This document shows positions 26,546-36,633 of a stretch of DNA of 64,000 bases, in pieces (position 1 is the stretch's first letter; every line of letters starts with the position of its first letter). The position numbers were made by a program, and so were the translations under genes. The notes below the pieces were generated by a model. It made no database searches and was not told where the DNA came from. It was given only the letters and a program-made list of their open reading frames with translations. This stretch comes from Takakia lepidozioides (Eukaryota > Plantae > Bryophyta). The stretch covers positions 74,090,001 to 74,154,000 of the forward strand of contig CM060731.1 in NCBI GenBank assembly GCA_030704615.1. The letters are read 5' to 3'.

Positions 26546-27523
26546 GGCGATTGACGAAGTCTCGGGGGGATATTCGGTGGGCGCCTATGACCGACCTCCA
26601 TACATTAATGGCGCAGTTGGGCATTAAATGTCCTCCGCCGTCGGTTTTGAACCAGGCTGGCGACACAGGACGCCTTGGAAACCTGATGCTAAACTTGGAT
26701 GAACTTCTATTCGAGGCATGTACGCACACATTTGGCGAGATCTTTTTTCTTTTGCTGGGACTTATGCCGCGTGGAGAAGGGCGTGGCTCTCCTGAGAGAG
26801 ACCCCACATCCAGACCGCGGCGGAAGCTGAAGGCTTTGTACTACGGGCGACGTCCAACCTCTCGCATGGCCAAACTTAAGCTCCAGCAGGAGATTTCATT
26901 GTCTTGCTCACAACCCGCGCCAACTGAAGCCGAGCACTCTCAAGCAAGCCACTACCTCTTTCGCTTTGTGTAACACGTACGATTTTCTTCGTTTTTTGGT
27001 TTGTTTTCGCATCTTCAGCCTGGCAGCCCTGGAAGCGCATGGTGCATCGCAAAAGCAGGAGTTGTTGAGAAGAATGATCAAGGTCAGAGTGGTTAGAAAG
27101 GAGCCAAGTCGTTGCTGCATTCAGATTTGCAACAGGGTGCACACCTCGCTGTAGATAACAGGTTGCATCTCGGAATTAAGGAAATCCATGCTGAGCTGAG
27201 AAGATTGTCTGAGCAGATGAAGTGCCTTCAAAACATTTCACCTTGTTTTCCCGTCTTATGGAATTCGTGTTCATTTGTTCATCGTGTTTCATGTTACTGG
27301 TTGAGTAAACCTTAGATAGTTTGCAATGCGTGTGCAAAGCCGGCAGCTCTGGAGTAGGCTGCTTATGCATGTCATTCTTAGGCATTGGTTTGATTTGTTT
27401 TCATTGTTGTTCCACGATTGTTGCGATGGTGGTTGTGGTGCTCGTTGCGATGGTGGTTTTCATTCCGATGTTGGTTCTCACGATTTTTGGGGATGACAGA
27501 GTGACGACGACCCCGGCACGCTG

Positions 27524-30158
27524 GTGGTATCATTGACAGCTCCAACTGCTCGAGCAGTCACTCCAAAAGCCGCTACTCATCGCATGTTTGGATCGCCCAA
27601 CTTGGGGCGGGAGGGCAAACTAAAACCTTTTGTTGGTGGACGGGAGGACCTGCAGCGAGAGTACGACAGAATAGGCATTGGGGAGGTTGGTGCAGGCGGC
27701 ATGGCAGGTGAAGGGCATCGGATGAGGACAACAGATCCGGCAATGGAGGATGTTGATACACATGCAGTAGGGCCCGCCCACGCAAAGAAGAAGAAGAAAG
27801 CCAAGCACATGCAATCCCCGGCGAGAGAGCCGTCACGGGCTGCGGAGGGGGGAGTGAGCAGGGCGCGCAAGGGTGTCAGTTCGCCTCAATCAAAGGTGGT
27901 CGTCCTAGAGGGCTCCCCTGTTGCTACCGCTAGTAAGAAACAGAAAGCCCGTGAGAGGGCAAAAGAGAGGGCAAAAGAACAGGCGAGGGAAAGAGAAAAG
28001 GCCACTGAAGAGGCCAGGGGTGTCGAAATGACAGATGCCCATGTAAGCGAGGGACGCATAGAGACGGTGGATCCCTCCAAGACACCACAAAGAGGCAGTA
28101 ACACACTGGTTACACCATCGCGGGCAGGAGCAGCCCCCGCAATTACCCATACGGTGGAGAGTGGAGGAGGGGAAAGAACACCACAAAGAGCACGGATTGT
28201 GCAAGTTCGAGGTGAAGCCGGGGAGAGGGCAGTAGAGACGGGCAGAGTGCTCGAGGTGGTTCCGGCGGTGGTTGACCATGTTGAGGATGACGAGAGGGAG
28301 CTTTTTGACCAGGATTACATCCTCCCGGACATCCCCAGGCCCCAAACCCGGAGCATACAGGCTGGATTTGGCGGTCCGGGTGTGCTGCCGGAGAACCCCC
28401 CTGCAACAGACGTCATGTCGAAGGCGGATATGAAGTTGGCCGCTGCCAAGATGTTGGAGGCAACCCACAACAACATTGGCAGGGTCCTGGGGGGCATGGT
28501 GTACCCGGTCAAGCTTCGGATTCCCCTTTGCCGCTTGGTTTCATTGCAGGTGGTCAGACCTGCCCTCCCAGGCGATATCGACAAGCTGAAATTCTCTTTC
28601 CGGGAGGGATATCGAATGGGGTCTGCCGCGTTTTACGTTTCCATGGAGAACGACCACAGAGCTTCTCGTGCCCACACTTCCGATGAGGTGGACAAATGGG
28701 GTCCCCATTGGCAAAGACGAAATGAGGAGTTCGAGAGATTGATTGCTACTGATCCTCTTTTCCAGCACTTGTCCGGAAAGATGTTTTACGTGTGGGACGA
28801 CAATCATCGCCTCCTGGCATGGATGGAGTACATAGCCCCCAACGACCTGGATTGGTATTTCGCCGTGGAGTGTGTTGTGCTCAAGGTTGCGGGGCCCAAA
28901 GATTGCAGTCTTCTCAAAGCGGCAATGGCAGACATCAACTCGTAAGTTACAATGCTTCTTGCTTTGGAACTTTGAATTTGAAACAGTCATTTCATTGCCA
29001 ATCGTCATATTTGTTGCAAATTCTCATTTCTGTATTGTTTAATGGAAATGTGGCATTGCAGGGTGACTGAGAATGCCTTCATTGCCACCAACTTGTCGCA
29101 TATGCTCGTCCGAGCGAAGGATGTCGGGAAGCACGGGGTGCAAGAGTTTGCCAATTCGCTCAGTGCCGACCTCCTGCGCAAGTCGGAGGCAAAGGCAGAC
29201 AGAACCTGGTATAGGCTGAGCATGGACGCCATGGTGGACTACGTATTTCGGGTAAAGCTCCTCACTGTTTTGTTGAGCTAATCTGTCTTTCCTCCCCCAA
29301 TAGAAGAAAAAGTGTTGAGCAGGATCTATAATCTTATGTGCGCATTCTTGACAGACAAAAATTCAGCAGGATTTGGCACATGCGCGGAGGTTCTACATGG
29401 AGTCAGAGGAGAAGAAACTAACCCTCCCAGCAATAGAATCGTATCTCAAAGCTGCGGAGGCAAAGGCCCGCATCAAGTACAAGTCGCGGATGGTAAAGTA
29501 CGTGGCCATAGCTGATCCCGCCCTTGGTGCCGATTTTCTGGTGGAGGTGGGGAAGCACTACTCCCGCGCTTTGAAGCCCACGATGACATTGGAGAAGCTA
29601 CATCGTCTAGCCACATCCTGTGTGGATGCAACAGAAAAGGTTATACATTCTTAACCAAATTGTCGTGGCAGCAATTTGTTTTTGTGGTGTTTGGCGCTTA
29701 CTAATATGTTGGGTGGTTGGACAGACCCGGTGGCTCCAAATTTGGAATGGTTCCCAAAGTACAAGGGACATGTGGAGCTTCCCCAAACCCGACAAACTGT
29801 CTGACCCCACATTCGACATGTGGATGAACCGCATGACATGGTGGTTTCAGGTACTTTCTCACGCTTCATTTGGGGCGTCTACTCTTGTATCGGATGGATT
29901 TATTGTATTTTTTGAGGAAAGCGGTCTGATGGAGAATCTCCACAGGTGACAACGAATGCGCAGGAGCAGCTTGACACACAAGCATATCAGTTCAAGCTAG
30001 AGATTTCTGGTGAAGCTGAGAGCCTACGCAACTATGTGACGAGGTACTTTCTGCTCTTCAAAACCGACCTATTCTTTCGAGAGATACCCCATGCCCGCCG
30101 GAGCCACGTTCACCGACCAGCCGAACGCGGACAAAGCGGCAATGCGCCTTTTGTACAG
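27524..30158 (+). CDS. 5' exons of an element-borne gene with a ParB/sulfiredoxin-like domain
   Basis: Low-complexity N-terminus, then IPLCRL...VRP...DIDKLKFSF..GY...FYVS...MFYVWDDNHRLLAW (28781-28820; cf. ParB/Srx DGxHR.A); GT-AG exons ending 28941, 29062-29251, ~29360-29639, 29725-29850, 29946-30158; probable 1-bp frameshift near 30075. Confidence 0.6.
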
Positions 30159-30244
30159 GTACATACGCTGTGCCTTTTCTTTTAGTCCTAACATTTCCAG
30201 GATGTAAGAGGCCCTATGTGGCGCATGAAAATTAGTTGTGGTCC

Positions 30245-30915
30245 TAGGAAAAATGGCGCCGAATTTCCGAATTCGGGCCCTGGGGGATGGCTGTCCAGGG
30301 GGTGCCTGGCACTCAGTCCGGAAATTCGGCGCCATTTTTCCAATTGCAGGCCCAGTCAGATCTGGGACTTAGCCATTCTCGGCCCCAACCTGGGAAATGG
30401 CGCCAATTCGGCGCCATTTTTCCAGATCAGGGCAAAGTCAGCTCTGGGACTTAGCCATTTTTGGGCCCAACCTGGGAAAATGGCGCCGAATATCCAGTGC
30501 AGGGCCCCGAAAATGGCTAAGTCCCAGAGCTGGCAGGCACCGAAACAGGAAATTCGGCGCCATTTTTCCAGTTCCGGGCCCAGTGAGTTCTGGGACTTAG
30601 GCATATTCGGCCCCAACCTGGGAAAATGGCGCCGGTTTTCCAGTGCAGGGCCTCAAAAATGGCTAAGTCCCTACAGTGGCAGGCACCGAAACCGGAAATT
30701 CGGCGCCATTTTTCCAGTTCCGGGCCCAGTCAGTTCTGGGACTTAGCCATTTTCGGGCGCAACCTGGGAAAATGGCGCCGAATATCCAGTGCAGGGCCTC
30801 GAAATGGCTAAGTCCCTACAGTGGCAGGCACCGAAACCGGAAATTCGACGCCATTTTTCCAGTTCCGGGCCAAGTGAGTTCTGGGACTTAGGCATATTCG
30901 GCCCCAACCTGGGAG
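30245..30915. repeat. ~146-bp tandem array, each unit internally inverted
   Basis: AACCTGGG recurs at 30469, 30615, 30761 and 30906; each unit has two opposed GGCGCC cores plus the AAAATGGCTAAGTCCC / GGGACTTAGCCATTTT pair. Confidence 0.95.
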
Positions 30916-31499
30916 TCAGCCACATGCTGTAGAGGTTGTGATATATGCCGCCGTTGTTCCTCCTAATGATGGCAACTCTTGCATCTCCTGTGATGAAGAC
31001 TGGAAAATCAGAGTCCTGGCATGCAAATAAGTAGCCACCAGCTGCTCCTCAGGAACAGAGATGACCTATAGCTAGTGAATCATGGTTGTGCTTCCTATTT
31101 GTATTTCTTCTTGCCTTCATATTAGCAAATTACCTTACTATGTATACTGAAGCATCAGATTGCTTCAGTAACTACCAGGTTCCATTCACTCATCCATTCA
31201 TTCCACAGCTTCACGCATGTCTCTCTACACAGTGTGATTGTATCGAATAAGTATCAGATTAAGATTTATCAGGTATCAGGCCAATGCCATGGTGTCCATA
31301 ATCTGCCCTACTGTATGATTCTGCAGCTTGCATGAATTAAGCATCGATCAAGTCATCTTCCCATCTTCACCGTTTCCTCCATCCCTGGTTCCGTTTCCGC
31401 TCTCCGCTTCATCTCCTCTTCCCCAGACCAAGTCGCTCTCCAAGAAGTGATCTCTCCCCCCGTTGCTGCTCTGCCTCATCTACATGCAAGCTGTTCTAA

Positions 31500-32252
31500 C
31501 CACCTAACTAACTAACTGTCACCCCAAGAAGTAACACGTTCCCCTTGCAGATGTCGTTCCCACACAGTTGTTCCCTGCCAATGATAACCGTTCCCTATGT
31601 ACGCTGTGACGGGCTGTGCCAAACTGTGTCGGGCTGTGACTGTGCCAAGCTGTGACTGGTTGTGATAGATTGTGACGGGCTGTGATTGGCTGTGTGAAAC
31701 TGTGTGAAGTTGTGTCGAGCTGTGATAGACTGTGACGGGCTGTGACTGGCTGTGACTGGCTATGTAAGCCTGTCTACCCCCCCCCCCCCCCCCCCTCCTA
31801 AAGCCTGCGCCTGTCACCCCTAAGACCTCTGTTGGTCTAAGTCTACCATCCGTAAGTCTGCGCAAAAATTAAGGGTACCCCACAAAACCCATAAAAGTGT
31901 CTAAGTCCCAGACAGCCCTCTAACATACGACCAGATTTGAACCGGAGACCTTTCCCTTCATATCTCTCCCGTCGAGGCTCCAACCATTGTCCTAGGAATG
32001 CCCACTTTGCCATTTTTGCTTTTTTTTGTGAATTTTTAGCGACCAAAAGTACTTGGAATTCCGTATCTCTCACACCGCATGTCCAAAAATCATGAGACCA
32101 AGCCAGTGCACCCCTCCTCGTCTCGGGATTTCCAACGGTACCAAGCACCAACACTCGGGCCTTGCGGTTCGGGACATCTCAACGCTACAAAACAAAACAA
32201 AACAAAACAAACAAACAAACAAACAAACAAACGATCGATTCATATATTGATT
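31500..32252 (+). mobile_element. Possible non-autonomous Helentron/HINE-like element with an internal 10-bp minisatellite
   Basis: Starts ACTAACTAACTGTCACCCC; (CTGTGACGGG)-type repeats 31603-31760; poly-C; (AAAC)n then TTCATATATTGAT at the right end; layout only, no coding evidence. Confidence 0.35.
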
Positions 32253-32464
32253 CCATCTTTTGAAAGAACTTGGGAGTCCTAACAACTATTTTCATTATAA
32301 TCTTTGTAAGAATCAGGACAACACTCTGATTTTCCATCCACTGTCACCAGAATCAGTAAAAAATCACCCCTTCAGTCAAGTGCAATTATGTGCTGACTTC
32401 CCACCTATGCCGGGTAGACCCCACTATCATTTCTTGTGGATCTGCCAGAGGAAATGCACTCAAT

Positions 32465-32700
32465 AGTACATGATGGCCAACAATCTTTGAGATGAATTTG
32501 GTGGAGGTCTGGCAGTCACCACACACTCGAAGATTCTTGATGAGACGGAGAGGCGTCCTAGGGGTTGTGCTGATTAGCCCAAAACAATGGCTGAACAATA
32601 CACTCGTGGACATGTATGCCAAATGTGGGACCATTGAGGATGCGGAGGGAGTGTTCAACAATATGGCTGAACAAGATTTGGTGTCCTGGAACGCATATAA
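32465..32700. pseudogene. Scrambled PPR/DYW fragments joined back-to-back
   Basis: Minus strand [35 protein letters not shown] (DYW) abuts plus strand [35 protein letters not shown] (PPR). Confidence 0.85.
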
Positions 32701-32835
32701 CACAATTGTGGGGACTAAAGCAGGTACTGAGATCCACTCAACAAGCCCTTGTTGCCATAAACAACAGGGAACTATTTGCAACCCTAACAAAGCAGGGAAA
32801 TTGATGCAAGCAGCACCATTGAATCCTAACCAGGA

Positions 32836-33191
32836 TGTCAAGTTAAATAAGCACAGTGTGAAAACAACTAGAATAAAGCTAGTTATTTGTATTTAACACT
32901 TGGATTTAGGTCAAGTGTTAAATCAGGTGTCAAGTTTAGTTTGACACCTGAACGGCCTTATCTTCACGAGAGCGGCAGTCGCGTGGCTCATCTCTCTCGA
33001 GTTGAGCTTGCGCGACCGAGCTCCTGCATCGTTTAGGACTGAGTGTGCTCATGATGGGAGTGTAGGTTGTTGTGGGGTGGAGTCCCCACAGCTTGGGGTG
33101 CCCCTGGCTCGACTTCTGTTTTAACGAGTGATGTTGAGGGATTTCATATTTCTTGTGTTGAGAGTGTGTGTCCTTTCAAGCTTTCTTATCA
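32836..33191 (+). repeat. Terminal repeat A, 5' copy (356 bp)
   Basis: Matches 44330-44685; I count 4 transitions and no indels. Confidence 0.97.
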
Positions 33192-33207
33192 CTCGAGAGA
33201 GATGAGC
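33192..33207 (+). promoter_or_regulatory. Putative self-priming primer-binding site
   Basis: CTCGAGAGAGATGAGC, directly after the repeat end, is the exact reverse complement of 32986-33001; no TGG tRNA-type PBS. Confidence 0.8.
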
Positions 33208-34769
33208 TCTTACCTGTGAGTGCAAGGTAGGAGTTGAGGGTTAGCACTTGTACGATTACCTATGTGTAAGTAGTGCTTAGTTTTAGAAGCTTAAAAAAAA
33301 AAAAAAAAAAACAAAATATGCAGGTTTCGATCAGCGTTGGTTCTGGCATGAGGCCGCCGGGCATGATGGAGCTACACTGCATGGAAGCAGCCTTCGTTTT
33401 GGTCGGTGAGGAGACATCGTGGAGTAGCAGCGATTGGCCGTTGGGAAAATGACCAAGTGCGAGACTTAAAGGAGGAGCCTGTGATCGAGCAGATGGGTAG
33501 AAATTCCGTGCCTGGAGATGGCCGGGCTGCTCGCCTTAGTTCGATGTGCACAGACCAGTGTTAAATTCAAACCAGGACAGACCAGAAGCGGTCAGGAAAG
33601 GCAGCGGAAGAGCAGGTGGAGCTGGTGTAGCGGAGCCAGTTGAAGGAGGAGCTGTAAATCCGCTCCCTCCAGTAAATGCAGCGCCGGCAGGTAGAGCACG
33701 GCGCAGCGAGCTGGTTGAAGGTGCAGGCCCCGAGAGAGAAAGCCTAGCAACAAAGCGATGGAGAACGGGGAGCCCATTGTTGGCATATCATCAACACTGC
33801 AAAACCAGGAGTCTCACAAATCTTCATGCTACTTGTGACTGTGGCTGGGAAAGCTGCTTTCACCTGGTCGATTATCTGCATAAGCAACCAACTTTATGAC
33901 AAAAAGGGTTGTTGGGGGCATTGTTGATTTCGGGGAGTGCAAGGTGCAAAGTCGTTTTTTTTTAAGTGCTTCAGGTTTGTACAAAGCCAAGTAGCTGTTG
34001 CTGCCTTGCACCTTGGTTCCACCATTTTGAGGTGGAAACTGGTGGAAAGTCGAATGGTGGTTCACAACCCAGCTTTCAACTCAGCACACTGCCCGAGTCC
34101 AAGATTGTGGCGATAAAGGTCAAGGGAGCTCCAGCTCTACTTGTCTCATCATTGAACACTTCCAACTGATCACTTGCCTCTACTGTCATTTCGGCGTCAA
34201 AGGTACTTACTTCTGCACAGGCGAGCAGGGGAGGAAATGCGAAGACTCGTAGCAAGAGAAGCAATGCTGACGGATGAGGCCAGCGGACGAGAGCCTCCAA
34301 GGGTTGATGGAGAGGCGGCGGAAGGAGGCTGCAAATTGAGTTCCACTTTACTGAGGCAATCGCAAATCCCTGTAGAGACTTGATAACTGTATGATTGTCT
34401 CTCTTATACTGGAGCTGATGCAGATGGACCCATGCCTTGGGTCTGCATGCTGAGCATGGTTCACTTTCTTTTTCCTGGCAGTGAAGTTGTCTGTGCCTTG
34501 TGGGGGTGGTGACGGGGCAATCTGGTGCCTGTTGTTGCCGATCCCTGACCTGTAAATTGCACACTGAAGAAACATGAGCAGTAACAGGAAGGCGGAAACC
34601 ATTGTAAGCCAACAATAATCGCTGGCGAGAGATGCGAATTAGACCAAGTTGATGGAACTTCAAGCTGGTCTTGGCCTTGGATTCCATGCAAAGACGGCCA
34701 CATTACAGCAGGCCGCCTGTCCATAAGCCATGAAGGTGCTGCGCAGTGCATCTGCTCTTGAAATCGCCC

Positions 34770-34880
34770 CAATTCCTGGTTTGTAGTCTCTAGGTCGAAT
34801 AAGGCCTGGGCTACAGCCTCTTCAAACTCATCAGGCTCGAGCCCCTTCTCCTTCTGAATCTTCCTGCGTGCTGTAAACAT
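34770..34880 (-). pseudogene. RPS7: Captured fragment of 40S ribosomal protein S7 (eS7), first 37 codons, inside the retroelement 5' region
   Basis: [37 protein letters not shown] matches the plant eS7 N-terminus; similarity stops afterwards. Confidence 0.85.
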
Positions 34881-35363
34881 GGCTGCTGCCTTGCCGTCCT
34901 GAAAGCTCGAGGAGGCAGGCCCACGCGCAGAGAAAAGCAAATCGTCTCCAGGGTGTGATACCCCACCCAACTGAGGTCGAGTTTTGGAGTTAATGAGCTC
35001 TTGGTGCCTGGAGAAGCCTGGAAGGGAATGGCCTCGGGAACCCGTAGATAACCTGGGAACAGGTTGTAATGGCAAAAACGTTTTGGTATCAAAAAAAAAA
35101 AAGGGCATTTTTTATCTAATTTAAATGTTTAAAGAGCCTGGTTGGTCATATCTTTGTCAAATGAGCTCCGTTTGACTCAGTTTTTGAGGGGATAGTTGCA
35201 AAAAGGGGAAATCTACCTATCTAGACATGGTTTCTGTTTTTGGGACTCTGCTAAAAATCTATGGAATTTTTAGAGTGTGAGTGTGTCGTGAAAGATCCAC
35301 AATTCTGTTTCTAGAACCAATTCTGGTCTATTTGAGAGACAAATCTGTGGATGTCCTCCTTGT

Positions 35364-36113
35364 ATGGCTGGGGGAAATGAGGACGTAATTGAAGGGCAGG
35401 TCTCTTCTCTTAGCCTGTGCACACAAGGGGACATGATTTATGTTTCCCAAGGAACTCAGACTGATTTGAGTGGAGAACAGTTGGACGAGTTGATTGCATA
35501 TTGGGAGTCAGACATTAGCAGTAGACAACAGACTGCTGTAGTTAGCGTTGAGGGCCTCAATATCGCTTTGGACAGTCAGAACTCTGTTGAAGCCAGCAGT
35601 TCTGCAGCTGTAAGTGAAATACCAAAGTGGGTGAAAGCCAGGCTTGGAATACAGCCAAAGACAGCCCCGGGGACCAAGGTGTTCAGCCACAAGGCTGTGG
35701 TGTACTGGAGCAGAGGAGCAGGAGCTACCCAAGTTTGTGCAATCAGACAGCGTTGCAACCGGACACGCTCTGCACAAGGCAACCACGAGCGGGGGTTCAT
35801 TAGCGAGGACAAGTTTGTTCTATTTGAAGGAGATGCAGTCATTCGCAATGATGACACCCGCAACCGTCTCAAAGCTTTCGAGTTGAGAGACTATCAGACC
35901 CTACATTTGTTTTCTTTAGTGTTCAGTGGGTGGGAGATAGCAGAGTGTTGTTTTGTCTCTACCTGGCAGAAAGAGGAGGAGGGTTGGTTAGAGCGAGCTA
36001 CTGTAGCTTGGGATAATGTTAGTGGCAGGTTTCTGGACATAGATATACCTCCTACACCTTACCATCAAGCAGAGCGAGGCACTTTGAGAGAAGTCTGGAA
36101 GTTGATAGCATAG
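35364..36113 (+). CDS. Extra 249-aa ORF of unknown function upstream of gag
   Basis: ATG-initiated uninterrupted ORF, sense to gag-pol, globular-looking C-terminal half; no motif recognised. Confidence 0.55.
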   Translation: MAGGNEDVIEGQVSSLSLCTQGDMIYVSQGTQTDLSGEQLDELIAYWESDISSRQQTAVVSVEGLNIALDSQNSVEASSSAAVSEIPKWVKARLGIQPKTAPGTKVFSHKAVVYWSRGAGATQVCAIRQRCNRTRSAQGNHERGFISEDKFVLFEGDAVIRNDDTRNRLKAFELRDYQTLHLFSLVFSGWEIAECCFVSTWQKEEEGWLERATVAWDNVSGRFLDIDIPPTPYHQAERGTLREVWKLIA

Positions 36114-36633
36114 ATCAGGATTAGATCTTGCTTGGGCGGGCTTCTATTCTTCCCTTCCATCTTTGTACTATTTTCATTACCTTGTACTTGTAGTTGCCAA
36201 AGCCTCTCTTGGTGGAGGCCAGTCAGTCCGGGGTTTTGGGCTGGGATATTCTGCAAGATCAGCATTGCAGCTGGATTTTGGTGTGGGGGTGTTGATGTTT
36301 TTGATTTCTTGTGTTTGGATCCCCCCCAACACCTGCATGCTTGACTGTGCGCCATGTTGGTTTTGTGTGGGCGCTTGCTTTCATAGGGATTAGGCCGGAG
36401 TTGATCACCGGTCAATCCTAGAGTATGCTGTCGGTGGTGAGGCTGGAGTGATGACCAGCAAGACCACCAGTGTTTCTTCTATGGTGAGGCTGGGTTGATG
36501 ACCAGCCAACCATAGGAGTTCTTGCGGTGGATGCAGGTGCAGGTGCCCTGAGCCATTGGGATATGACCCTTAGACTGCAACAGGTGCCCACCCATGTCAC
36601 TATTAGATTAGTACTAGAGCCTTATAGTGTCAC

